A stretch of DNA of 64,000 nucleotides, taken from NCBI GenBank assembly GCA_905235705.1, contig CAJOML010000002.1:3485-67484 (forward strand), read 5' to 3'. Shown here one piece after another: positions 9,401 through 17,398 of the stretch. Source of the DNA: an uncultured Bacilli bacterium (GTDB lineage Bacteria > Bacillota_I > Bacilli_A > RFN20 > CAG-826). The notes below the pieces were generated by a model. The model was not told the origin of the DNA. It worked only from the letters and a program-made list of their open reading frames with translations, and made no database searches. Within the stretch, counting starts at the first letter, position 1. Each line of letters begins with the position of its first letter. Position numbers and translations under genes: made by a program.

Positions 9401-9884
9401 TACCCCGCCGGTTGCAAGGAAGATGTTTGATTTAGATGCCTACATCCCAAGCACCTATGCTAGCGATGGCGAAAAGATGAACCTCTATCAAGAGCTTGAT
9501 GCTTGCCATAACGAGGAAGAAATCAATGCCTATGCGGCAAAAGTTCGCGATATTTATGGGCGCGTCCCCAAAGAAGTCGAATCCCTCATCACCAAAAAGA
9601 AGGTGGACGTGATCTTAGAAAACGAGGAATTTATCGGCGCCGAAGAAAGCGGCGATCACCTCGACATTACGATGGACCCCCGCTTCTCGCGGATTAACGG
9701 GATCGGCAACGCCTTGTTTGACGCTTTGTCTAAATATCTTCTGATCGTCCGCGTCTCTTTCGTGAATAAACAATTGAAAATCTGCATCACCAAAGAGGGC
9801 GAATGGCTTGGGAAGGTGCTTGAAATTGTAACCATTGCCCATGAAGTCTATACAAAAATGAAGATGAATGTCTCACAATCCTAA
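6411..9884 (+). CDS. mfd: Transcription-repair coupling factor Mfd
   Basis: 1157-aa ORF. Has a UvrB-homology N-terminus, an RNAP-interacting region, superfamily-2 helicase motifs (GDVGFGKTEVA, DEEQRFG, SATPIPRT) and a TRG motif region. TTG start after AGGAG; pth-mfd synteny. Confidence 0.95.
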   Translation: MDLFKRLGDNFLPPLSATKGSFVLDESLGTGLLFANEFKRNPGNYVLVASNLYGAQRLYEFLLNFLPEEDVIFFPADELLRAEMLVSSKELLSQRLYAMGEALRKRNKILVCHPSSLLRYLPSPKRFQEESISLHVGDQFDLSEFKQRLVHLGYERVERIEGPLQFSSRGDILDVYSVNEQNPIRIEFFGDEVDAIKIFDIQNQRSTANLKEALILPATDIFLTQEEYQSFAVNALKQVALGRNELGDELGDDLEETVTVDLGKFESHDYKSYLYRYYGFAIGETYSILDYLDHPLVFIGNRTQFEASVNINEMESEEYLSELRYKGKAISGIHHYMSQGDGLKNASKVINGYPYSKGKNEFAFTVHRTVANTSGFSGIPTLIQSYLNQYDKVVLMVSDEHKKEAITGLLKENEIPFEKTIEFDLPKEKLGICSRFLNEGFEIPSLKIAFLSENDVYGRKLVASRFTSRFKNATVLRSFEDLKPGDYVVHEYNGIGQFAGVKTISIEGKHRDFLHILYANNQALYVPLEQFRLVRKYAGREGAVPKLSNLYGSDWEKKKAQIQKKVNDLADRLIALYGARAKGTGFAFPPDDEMQRRFEEEFPYELTSDQAEAVKQIKMDMEKPDIMDRLLCGDVGFGKTEVAFRAAFKAITANKQVALLCPTTLLARQHAEVAKERFATFGVRIGLLSRMVPPKEQREVIKKLKSGEIDLVVGTHRLLSKEIQYRDLGLLIVDEEQRFGVEQKEKIKEMKSSVDVLTLSATPIPRTLQMSLIGIRALSEINTPPSFRSPIQTYVTPYSREVVMELIQRELGRHGQVFYLHNDIATIYETAARIAKLVPSCHIGVAHGRMEKEEIEDVMTKFYDGEIDVLVCTSIVENGIDVPNANMIIVENADRFGLSQLYQIKGRVGRGSRIAYAYLLYREDKDMNEDAKKRLKAISEFTELGSGYKIAQRDLMIRGAGDILGPEQAGFIDTVGLDLYLKLLNEAITSKTNGTPSTPPVARKMFDLDAYIPSTYASDGEKMNLYQELDACHNEEEINAYAAKVRDIYGRVPKEVESLITKKKVDVILENEEFIGAEESGDHLDITMDPRFSRINGIGNALFDALSKYLLIVRVSFVNKQLKICITKEGEWLGKVLEIVTIAHEVYTKMKMNVSQS

Positions 9885-9893
9885 AAGGATTTG

Positions 9894-9902
9894 TGATAAC
9901 AT
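9894..9902 (+). promoter_or_regulatory. Extended -10 close to the start codon (leaderless-type), rqcP
   Basis: TGaTAACAT, 9 nt before the ATG at 9912. No SD. The 10-mer GTGATAACAT is identical to the one before folD. Confidence 0.35.
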
Positions 9903-9911
9903 TTCACTGCT

Positions 9912-10178
9912 ATGCGGATAGACAAGTTCCTAAAAGTCAGTCGTCTCGTCAAAAGAAGGGAAATCGCCAAGCGCCTTTGCGACGATGGTGACATCCAAAT
10001 CAACGGGAAGGTCGCTAAGCCTTCTTCCGAGATTAATCCGGGCGACGAGGTCACCTTGGCATTAGGGAAGCGCCGCATCCAGGCTTGCATCAAGGACATC
10101 AAGCCTTATGCCAACAAATCAAACGCCGACGAACTTTACGAAATCATCTCCGATACCATCAACGAAAGGGAGGATTGA
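9912..10178 (+). CDS. rqcP: S4-domain RNA-binding protein RqcP/YabO (ribosome quality control)
   Basis: 88-aa ORF. MRIDKFLKVSRLVKRREIAKRLCDDGDIQINGKVAKPSSEINPGDEV closely parallels B. subtilis YabO. Sits after mfd, as in Bacillus. Confidence 0.85.
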   Translation: MRIDKFLKVSRLVKRREIAKRLCDDGDIQINGKVAKPSSEINPGDEVTLALGKRRIQACIKDIKPYANKSNADELYEIISDTINERED

Positions 10179-10180
10179 CC

Positions 10181-11419
10181 ATGCTAGACATTAAACTGAA
10201 GAAAAGAGCCACCTATCTAGTTCCCGCCAACTTTGGATTAAGTTCCATGGTTTTGCTCGACATGGCCTTGAAAAAAGACATCAAAATCGTTGTCGCTTGC
10301 ATTAAATATAACGGCAGCTCCCAAGAAGATGTCGACGGCCTATCGACTTATTGTCAAGAACACAATATTCCTTTCCGCTTCTTCGACGCTTCTAACCTTT
10401 CCCCTAACGAAGGGGAGCCTTTTGCCCAATTTGCTAGACGTGTCCGTTATGGCTTCTTTGAGCAGGTTTATCGCGAAATCAAAGCCCATGCAATGCTTCT
10501 TTCGCATTGCCAAGATGATTTGTTAGAGACCTATATTTATCAACGTAACCACGACCGTTCCCGTGCAAAATATGGCATGTCGGCGTCCACTATCGTCGAT
10601 GGCATGATCGTCATCCGCCCCTTACTTTCTCTTAGTAGGCCCGATCTCGAAGACTATGCGGAAGAAAATAACGTCATCTATTCCAAGCAAGCCACCGATT
10701 ACGAAGAATCCCATACCGAAGACGAGGTCTTCCAAAAAGTTCGTTCTCTTTCTGAGATCGACCGCGAAAACCTTTTAGAGGAAATGCGTTACGCTAACGA
10801 CGAGAAAATTAAATTACAAAAAGAATTCGCCGAGCGTATCGAAGAGGGCGAAGAACTCGATATCCGTGCCCTTATCGCTTTGTCTAAAGACGGCTTTACC
10901 ACCGCTTTGCTTCACTTCGTCGCTAGGTCGGACGATCAAATCGATTTAGACAAAGAAACCATTGCAAAAATCCGCGAATTTTGTCTTTCTCCGGTTCCAA
11001 ATGATTCATTCCATTTGGCGGGAAACACCTATTTAACCAAAGAATACGACATCCTTACTTTAGGGACTCGTTATGACGAATTGCCCTATACCTATGTGAT
11101 GGAAAAGCCTTCGAAAATCGACACTCCGAATTTCGAAATCGACTTTTCGATGGGCGCTGAAGATCGTGGCATCAAGGAAGAGGATTACCCCATCACCATT
11201 CGCAGTGCCCTCCCTTATGACACCTATGTCATCCACGATTATTTAGAATCCGTCCTACGCTTATATTCGGAATGGAAAATGCCAGTTAGGTTGCGTCATA
11301 TTTGGCCGATTTTCCTCAACAAGAACGGCAAAATCATCTATGTTCCCCGTTACCGTAATGGGTTCACCGAAGAGCATACCTCCGTCTTACGCATGAAATT
11401 AAAAGACGATGAGCGTTAA
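10181..11419 (+). CDS. tilS: tRNA(Ile)-lysidine synthase homologue with degenerate PP-loop
   Basis: ATG at 10181, 7 nt after AAGGGAGG; the ORF-track start at 10085 overlaps rqcP and is rejected. TilS-like blocks are FARRVRYGFF, LLSHCQDDLLETYIY and VIRPLL, plus a C-terminal WPIFLNKNGKIIYVPRYR. The position before ftsH is conserved. The SGGxDS motif is replaced by NFGLSS. Confidence 0.7.
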   Translation: MLDIKLKKRATYLVPANFGLSSMVLLDMALKKDIKIVVACIKYNGSSQEDVDGLSTYCQEHNIPFRFFDASNLSPNEGEPFAQFARRVRYGFFEQVYREIKAHAMLLSHCQDDLLETYIYQRNHDRSRAKYGMSASTIVDGMIVIRPLLSLSRPDLEDYAEENNVIYSKQATDYEESHTEDEVFQKVRSLSEIDRENLLEEMRYANDEKIKLQKEFAERIEEGEELDIRALIALSKDGFTTALLHFVARSDDQIDLDKETIAKIREFCLSPVPNDSFHLAGNTYLTKEYDILTLGTRYDELPYTYVMEKPSKIDTPNFEIDFSMGAEDRGIKEEDYPITIRSALPYDTYVIHDYLESVLRLYSEWKMPVRLRHIWPIFLNKNGKIIYVPRYRNGFTEEHTSVLRMKLKDDER

Positions 11420-11421
11420 AT

Positions 11422-11449
11422 TTGACAAATTTATGTGTGCCTGTAATAT
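11422..11449 (+). promoter_or_regulatory. Sigma-70-type promoter of ftsH
   Basis: TTGACA (11422-11427), 16-nt spacer, TAATAT (11444-11449). Followed by a leader carrying AAAGGAG before the ATG at 11481. Confidence 0.6.
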
Positions 11450-11480
11450 GCACCGATAAGTTTTTGAAAGGAGTTTTATT

Positions 11481-13571
11481 ATGAATGATGGACAAGTCCC
11501 AAAAAGAAGCCCGTTAGGGCGTCTACTTCCCTACCTATTGATGATGGTAACCATCGGACTTTTCCTATGGCTTATTCTTTCTCAAACCTTAAATAACAGG
11601 GAAACCTGGTATGAATCTGACGTCGATACCTCCCTCGGATATGAAGTCCAGGGCAACACCTATGTCCAAACCAAAGTCTATGCCGATTTGGAAAAGAAAA
11701 TCGTCGTCGTCAATGTCAACCAAAGCTATAAATCGGTCACCGTCACCGGTACTTATGCCAAGTTACAAGATGGCAAAATCATCGGTTCGGCCCAATTCTA
11801 TGTCGTGATTTCCGAAGGTCATTGGGAAAATGCGTTTGATGTTTCTAGCGTCACCCACCCCGCTTATTCGTCGATGTTCACCTCGACCATCAATCAGGCG
11901 AAAACTTTCTTCGCGACCTACACCAACGTCAGACCCGCATTAGTCGTTAACGATGCCTTTGCCCGTTCTTGGTGGGATGAATGGGGCCCGACCCTTATCA
12001 CCACTGGCATCGTCATTATCGTCGCCTTATTCGTCTTCTCTTCGATGAACCGCTCGATGAACAATTCCAATAATGGGATCTTCAATTTCAATAAATCCCC
12101 GGCGAGGAAGGTAAATAACAACAAAGTCAAATTCACCGATGTTGCCGGTTGTGATGAAGAAAAGGCCGAAATGGTCGAGCTTGTCGAATATCTTAAGGAC
12201 CCAAAGAAATATTCCCGCTTCGGCGCTAGACTTCCTAAAGGCGTCTTGTTAATTGGCTCCCCCGGTACCGGCAAAACCTTGCTAGCCAAAGCCGTCGCTG
12301 GCGAAGCTGGCGTCCCCTTCTTCTCCATTTCCGGCTCTGATTTCGTCGAAATGTATGTCGGTGTCGGCGCCGGACGTGTCCGTGACCTCTTCCGTCAGGC
12401 GAAAGCCGCCGCCCCTTGCCTTATCTTCATCGATGAAATCGACGCTGTCGGCCGTCAACGTGGCGCTGGCTTAGGCGGAGGCAACGACGAACGTGAGCAA
12501 ACCTTGAACCAACTTCTCGTCGAGATGGATGGTTTCGAACCAAATTCCGGCATCCTCGTCATCGCCGCCACCAACCGCGACGACGTCCTTGACCCGGCTC
12601 TTCGTCGTGCTGGACGTTTCGACCGCACCATCACCGTTTCCTTACCGGATAAGAACGGACGTGAAGCGATTTTGAAGGTCCATGCCCGCGACAAGAAGAT
12701 TGCTCCTAGTGTTGATTTCGGCGCTTTGGCAAAACGTACCGTCGGCTTCTCTGGCGCCGACTTAGATAACGTTCTTAACGAAGCCGCCATCTTGGCCGTT
12801 CGTGAAGGCAAAGATGAAATCGGCATGGCCGAAATCGATGAAGCCATCGACCGCCGCATCTCCGGACCTGCCAAATCTTCCAAAGGTATGTCCGAAAAAG
12901 AACGTAAACAGGTTGCCTATCATGAAGCCGGGCACGCCGTCATCGGTATCAACTTGCCTTATTCCGACAAAGTCCAAAAGATCACGATTGTCCCGCGTGG
13001 AAATACCGGCGGTCATGTCTTAATGACCCCCGAAGACGATCGCTTCTTAATGACCAAGAACGAGCTTATTGCCCGTATTACCGGTTTATTAGGCGGCCGT
13101 ACTTCCGAAGAAATCTTCTTCCAAGATGTTTCTACCGGCGCATCAAATGATATCGAACAAGCGACACGTCTCGCCCGTTTGATGGTGACTGAGTTCGGTA
13201 TGTCCGATCTTGGCCCTATCCAATATGAACGCGATACAGGCTCTGTCTTCCTCGGAAGGGATTATGCTTCGACCCAACGCAATTTCTCTACCCAGGTCGC
13301 CTATGAAATCGATAAGGCCGTCCGCGCCATCATCGACGAGGCTCACGATAGGGCGACAAAGCTACTTACCGAAAAGAAGGATCAGGTCATTTTGATTGCC
13401 GAAACGTTGCTTGAACAAGAAACAATCACCGCCGAAGAGATCGAATCTCTTTGTAAGACCGGAAAACTTCCTGGCAAAGAAGATGCCCCCGAAGAAACCC
13501 CTGCTGAGCCTAAGGCTGAAGAACCCAAACCCGAACCCCCTAGCCAAGAAGGTGGCGAAGAAAACAAATAA
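11481..13571 (+). CDS. ftsH: ATP-dependent zinc metalloprotease FtsH
   Basis: 696-aa ORF. Walker A GSPGTGKT, Walker [13 protein letters not shown] region and HEAGH zinc motif. Has a long extracytoplasmic loop between two N-terminal TM helices and an acidic P/E-rich tail. Confidence 0.95.
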   Translation: MNDGQVPKRSPLGRLLPYLLMMVTIGLFLWLILSQTLNNRETWYESDVDTSLGYEVQGNTYVQTKVYADLEKKIVVVNVNQSYKSVTVTGTYAKLQDGKIIGSAQFYVVISEGHWENAFDVSSVTHPAYSSMFTSTINQAKTFFATYTNVRPALVVNDAFARSWWDEWGPTLITTGIVIIVALFVFSSMNRSMNNSNNGIFNFNKSPARKVNNNKVKFTDVAGCDEEKAEMVELVEYLKDPKKYSRFGARLPKGVLLIGSPGTGKTLLAKAVAGEAGVPFFSISGSDFVEMYVGVGAGRVRDLFRQAKAAAPCLIFIDEIDAVGRQRGAGLGGGNDEREQTLNQLLVEMDGFEPNSGILVIAATNRDDVLDPALRRAGRFDRTITVSLPDKNGREAILKVHARDKKIAPSVDFGALAKRTVGFSGADLDNVLNEAAILAVREGKDEIGMAEIDEAIDRRISGPAKSSKGMSEKERKQVAYHEAGHAVIGINLPYSDKVQKITIVPRGNTGGHVLMTPEDDRFLMTKNELIARITGLLGGRTSEEIFFQDVSTGASNDIEQATRLARLMVTEFGMSDLGPIQYERDTGSVFLGRDYASTQRNFSTQVAYEIDKAVRAIIDEAHDRATKLLTEKKDQVILIAETLLEQETITAEEIESLCKTGKLPGKEDAPEETPAEPKAEEPKPEPPSQEGGEENK

Positions 13572-13576
13572 AGATT

Positions 13577-13601
13577 AGCCGGCCCGACGAGGCCGGCTTT
13601 T
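13577..13601 (+). terminator. Intrinsic terminator/attenuator after ftsH
   Basis: Perfect 8-bp GC stem AGCCGGCC / GGCCGGCT with loop CGACGA, followed by TTTT. Ends 3 nt before the dus ATG. Confidence 0.7.
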
Positions 13602-13604
13602 ACC

Positions 13605-14576
13605 ATGAAGATAGGAAACGTTACATTGAAAGGCAATGTCATCTTGGGCCCTATGGCTGGGGTGACCAATCTCGCATATCGCGAATTTATGAAACCTTTC
13701 GGGGTGGCTCTTTCCTATTCGGAAATGATTTCAGACTGCGGGATTGCTTATGGGAATAACCGCACTTTCGAATATTTGGAAACAAGCGAACTCGATTCCC
13801 CGGTTGGCTTGCAAATCTTCGGTTTTTCGCTTAAAAACAGCGCAAAAGCCATCGAAATCATTGAAAAAACAGCCAAATATGACATCCTCGATGTAAACCT
13901 CGGTTGTCCCGTTCCTAAGGTTGTAAAAACGGGGGCGGGATCAGCTTGGCTTAGAAGAATCGATGAACTGAAAACCTATATGGAAGGTGTCGTAAAAGCC
14001 TCCTCCAAACCCGTCACGGCCAAGATTAGGCTTGGTTGGGATGATTCCTCGATTAACGTCGAGGAGGTTGCTTTAATGCTTCAAGAAGTCGGTGTTTCCG
14101 CGCTGGCTATCCATTGTCGCACAAGAGCTGCCTTTTATTCAGGCAAAGCCAATTACGAAGCCATCGCGGGAGTAAAGGAAAAACTCAATATCCCCTTAAT
14201 CGTATCAGGCGATATTTTTTCTCTTGAAGACGCGATTAAGGCCACTGAAATCACCCATTGCGACGGCATCATGGTGGCTAGAGGAAGTCGGGGGAACCCC
14301 TTCCTTATCACCCAAATCGACCATTATTTCAAAACCGGCGAAAAATTACCTGGCCCCGATTTAAAAACCCAAATCGGATATGCGCGCGAATTTGTGAATA
14401 AGATGATTTCCTTTAGGGGCGAGGAAAAAGGGGTTCGCGAACTTCGCGGCCTTTTGACTCACTTCCTTGCCGGATATCCGGGGATGAAAAAATATTATCC
14501 TGCCTTAATTCAGGCTAACCATGTCAAAGATATCGAGGCGGTTTTCCATGGTATCGAGGTGCAATATGGATTATAA
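13605..14576 (+). CDS. dus: tRNA-dihydrouridine synthase
   Basis: 323-aa ORF. LGPMAGVTNLAYREF, VNLGCPVPKV and HCRTR are characteristic Dus TIM-barrel motifs. Confidence 0.9.
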   Translation: MKIGNVTLKGNVILGPMAGVTNLAYREFMKPFGVALSYSEMISDCGIAYGNNRTFEYLETSELDSPVGLQIFGFSLKNSAKAIEIIEKTAKYDILDVNLGCPVPKVVKTGAGSAWLRRIDELKTYMEGVVKASSKPVTAKIRLGWDDSSINVEEVALMLQEVGVSALAIHCRTRAAFYSGKANYEAIAGVKEKLNIPLIVSGDIFSLEDAIKATEITHCDGIMVARGSRGNPFLITQIDHYFKTGEKLPGPDLKTQIGYAREFVNKMISFRGEEKGVRELRGLLTHFLAGYPGMKKYYPALIQANHVKDIEAVFHGIEVQYGL

Positions 14577-15057
14577 AAGGGCAACCCACGAATTCCCGCC
14601 TCTGGTGTTTCCCGATTCGGAATTTTTGATTTTAGGATCTTTCCCTTCGATTAAGTCACGTGAAGCAAAATTCTTTTATGGCCATCCCCAAAACCGTTTT
14701 TGGCCCCTTCTTGCCGCCCTTGCGGGAGAGATGCCATTAAGCGATGTCCCCTCTAAAATCGATTTTTGCCGTCGCCATAAAATCGCCTTATATGATTCTA
14801 TTGAGGCTTGTTCAATCATCGGCTCTAGCGATAGTTCTATCAAAGACGTCGAGCCGGCGGATTTGCTTTCCCTTTACCATCGAAGCCAAATTAAGTTGGT
14901 CGTGTGTAATGGCAAAACATCCCTACGTTATTTTGAACGTTATAATCCTAATTTTCCCTGCGAACATGCCTGCGCCCCCTCTACTTCACCGGCGAATGCC
15001 GCCTGTTCTTTTCAACGTTTAGTTGAAGAATGGGGGAAAATCATAAAAATCGGTTAA
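14566..15057 (+). CDS. DNA-deoxyinosine (hypoxanthine) glycosylase, UDG superfamily
   Basis: Start taken at MDYKRATHEF (14566). LILGSFPSIKSREAKFFYGHPQNRFWPLL matches the family-6 UDG/HDG signature. Overlaps the dus 3' end by 11 nt. Confidence 0.7.
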   Translation: MDYKRATHEFPPLVFPDSEFLILGSFPSIKSREAKFFYGHPQNRFWPLLAALAGEMPLSDVPSKIDFCRRHKIALYDSIEACSIIGSSDSSIKDVEPADLLSLYHRSQIKLVVCNGKTSLRYFERYNPNFPCEHACAPSTSPANAACSFQRLVEEWGKIIKIG

Positions 15058-15077
15058 GCGTTTTCTTCATCTTTTGG

Positions 15078-15106
15078 TTGATAAAAAGACCGCCATGATA
15101 TTTAAT
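15078..15106 (+). promoter_or_regulatory. Sigma-70-type promoter of the marR-ABC operon
   Basis: TTGATA (15078-15083), 17-nt spacer, TTTAAT (15101-15106). This places the ORF-track ATG at 15105 inside the -10 box, so the start at 15126 is preferred. Confidence 0.5.
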
Positions 15107-15107
15107 G

Positions 15108-15121
15108 GTTCGGCACCGAAC
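15108..15121 (+). promoter_or_regulatory. Candidate MarR operator (palindrome over the predicted TSS)
   Basis: GTTCGG-CA-CCGAAC, perfect 6-bp arms, immediately downstream of the -10 box and upstream of the marR ATG. Confidence 0.4.
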
Positions 15122-15125
15122 AATT

Positions 15126-15554
15126 ATGGAAAATCCAAGAGGTCAGATTATCTTCAAACTCACGCGCCTGCTCAGGCGTAGTTTTGATGCCGAATTTAAA
15201 CGGAACTTCGGCGAAAAAATCACAATTTCCGAATCTTGGATTCTCAGCCATCTTAATGAAAATGAGGGTGTTACTTTTTCTAACGTCGTCGATTCTTTTA
15301 AGATGACTAAGTCCACCGCTTCGGAGTGCATTTCTTCTTTAAAAGAAAAGGGTTTTATCGAAATTCATAAAAACCCCAAAGATAAGAGGGAGAAGCTGAT
15401 TTACCTCACCGAAAAAGGAAGAAATGTCGCTTTGGAAACAAAAAAGCTCTTGGATGAAAACGATGCTAGGCTCTTCGCCGAGGTAACCGAGGAAGAATAC
15501 GCCGCATTAAATTCGGTCTACGAAAAGCTATTAAAACAAGAGGAGGTAAAATAA
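15126..15554 (+). CDS. MarR-family transcriptional regulator
   Basis: Winged-helix region ISESWILSHLNENEGVTFSNVVDSFKMTKSTASECISSLKEKGFIEIHKNPKDKREKLIYLTEKG. The stop overlaps the ABC gene start (TAATG). Confidence 0.8.
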   Translation: MENPRGQIIFKLTRLLRRSFDAEFKRNFGEKITISESWILSHLNENEGVTFSNVVDSFKMTKSTASECISSLKEKGFIEIHKNPKDKREKLIYLTEKGRNVALETKKLLDENDARLFAEVTEEEYAALNSVYEKLLKQEEVK

Positions 15555-17398
15555 TGTCCCAACAAGCCGTGGCTGGAAAAGTCGGGAAAAAGGAAAAACC
15601 GCCAAAAGCCCATATCCTAAAAAACCTCACCCCTTATATGCGCGGGGCGTGGAAATATGCGATATTGGCCTGGACGATTGTCGCCGTTGAAGTCGTCTGC
15701 GAGGTTTTAATCCCTTATTTCAGCCAATTCATTATCAACGTCATCAACCCTGGCAAGGATGCCCTTGATGCCGGCTATCAGATCGCCGAACATACCGGGG
15801 AACTTTTTGGCTTTGCCTTTGCCATGATCGGCATGGCCATCCTTTCTTGTACGGCCGGCATCTTTGCCGCCATCTTCGCCGCCATTTGCTCGGCGAGGTT
15901 CGGTCGCAATTTAAGGCAGGCCATGTATTACAAAATCCAAGAATATTCATTCAAGAACATCGATCGTTTCTCAACCTCGAGTTTGGTGACTCGTCTAACC
16001 ACCGACGTCACCAACGTGCAAAACGCCTTACAGAGCCTTCTCAGAGTTGTTGTCAGGGCGCCTTTTATGCTGATCTTTGCCTTAATTATGTCTTGGACGA
16101 TTTCTTGGCAATTTGGTCTTCTTTATTTGGCCGTTATTCCTTTCTTAGGCGCCGTTTTGTTTGGGGTTGCTGCCAAAGTACACCCAATCTTTGCCCGCGT
16201 TTTTGAGACCTATGATAGTCTTAACGCATCGGTGCAAGAAAACCTTCAAGGCATCCGTGTCGTTAAATCTTTTGCCCGCGAAGAAAGCGAGACCCAAAAG
16301 TTTTCTAAAGTCTCGGGCACGATTTATAAGATGTTCGTCAAAGCCGAATGTCGCCTTGCCTTCAATAGTCCCGCCATGCAGTTATCGGTCTATGTCTGCA
16401 TGCTCGTGATTTCTTATTTCGGGGCAAGGATGGTTATTGGTGACCTTAACCAAGGTCCGTTTACGACCGGCTCACTCACCACTTTATTCTCCTACACCAC
16501 GCAGATTTTGATGTCGCTTATGATGGTTTCGATGGTCTTCGTTATGATCACCATCTCCCGCAATTCCTCTGAGCGTGTCATCGAAGTGCTAAAAGAAAAG
16601 AGCGATCTTGTCTCCCCGGAAAACCCATTGATGGAAGTTCCCAATGGTTCGGTTGACTTCGAACACGTTAATTTCCGTTATAACCAGACTTCCGAAAGAG
16701 ATGTCCTTCATGACATCAACCTCCATATTCCTTCCGGCAGCACGGTTGGTATTATCGGGGCGACCGGCTCTTCTAAGTCTTCCCTAATTTCTTTGATCGC
16801 AAGGTTATATGACGTCACCGCAGGAGAAGTCAAAGTCGGCGGACATAACGTCAAAGAATATGATTTGGAAGTCCTTAGGGATTCGGTTTCGGTCGTCTTG
16901 CAAAAGAACGTTTTATTCACCGGCACCATTCGTTCCAATCTCCTTTGGGGGAATCCTAATGCCACCCAAGAGGATCTTGAAAAAGCCGCAAAACTTGCCT
17001 GCGCCGACGAATTTATCGAGAAATTCCCGCAGAAATATGATTCTCCCATCGACCAAGGAGGGACCAATGTTTCGGGCGGACAAAGGCAAAGGCTTTGCAT
17101 CGCTAGGGCCCTATTAAAAAACCCAAAAATCTTGATTCTTGATGATTCCACCTCTGCCGTCGACACAAGGACGGACGCCTCTATCCGCCATTCGTTTAAG
17201 ACAGAGATTCCGGATGTGACCAAGTTCATCGTCGCCCAGCGCGTTTTGTCAATTAAGGATTCCGATTTGGTCATCGTCCTAGATAAGGGCGAAATCGTCC
17301 AACTCGGTTCTCCAGACGAACTTCTTGCTAAACCGGGCATTTATAAAGAGATCTATGAATCTCAATTGGGAGGAGGTGATTTCGATGCCGCCAATTAA
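15554..17398 (+). CDS. ABC exporter, fused permease/ATPase (type I, multidrug-type), subunit 1
   Basis: 614 aa. Six-TM N-domain, Walker A GATGSSKSS, signature VSGGQRQR, Walker B ILILDDSTSAVD. Confidence 0.9.
   Translation: MSQQAVAGKVGKKEKPPKAHILKNLTPYMRGAWKYAILAWTIVAVEVVCEVLIPYFSQFIINVINPGKDALDAGYQIAEHTGELFGFAFAMIGMAILSCTAGIFAAIFAAICSARFGRNLRQAMYYKIQEYSFKNIDRFSTSSLVTRLTTDVTNVQNALQSLLRVVVRAPFMLIFALIMSWTISWQFGLLYLAVIPFLGAVLFGVAAKVHPIFARVFETYDSLNASVQENLQGIRVVKSFAREESETQKFSKVSGTIYKMFVKAECRLAFNSPAMQLSVYVCMLVISYFGARMVIGDLNQGPFTTGSLTTLFSYTTQILMSLMMVSMVFVMITISRNSSERVIEVLKEKSDLVSPENPLMEVPNGSVDFEHVNFRYNQTSERDVLHDINLHIPSGSTVGIIGATGSSKSSLISLIARLYDVTAGEVKVGGHNVKEYDLEVLRDSVSVVLQKNVLFTGTIRSNLLWGNPNATQEDLEKAAKLACADEFIEKFPQKYDSPIDQGGTNVSGGQRQRLCIARALLKNPKILILDDSTSAVDTRTDASIRHSFKTEIPDVTKFIVAQRVLSIKDSDLVIVLDKGEIVQLGSPDELLAKPGIYKEIYESQLGGGDFDAAN

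Noticed and set aside
16708-17340. 210-aa antisense ORF inside the first ABC exporter gene
   Set aside because: Shadow ORF opposite a strongly supported ABC ATPase domain. No start context or recognisable motifs.
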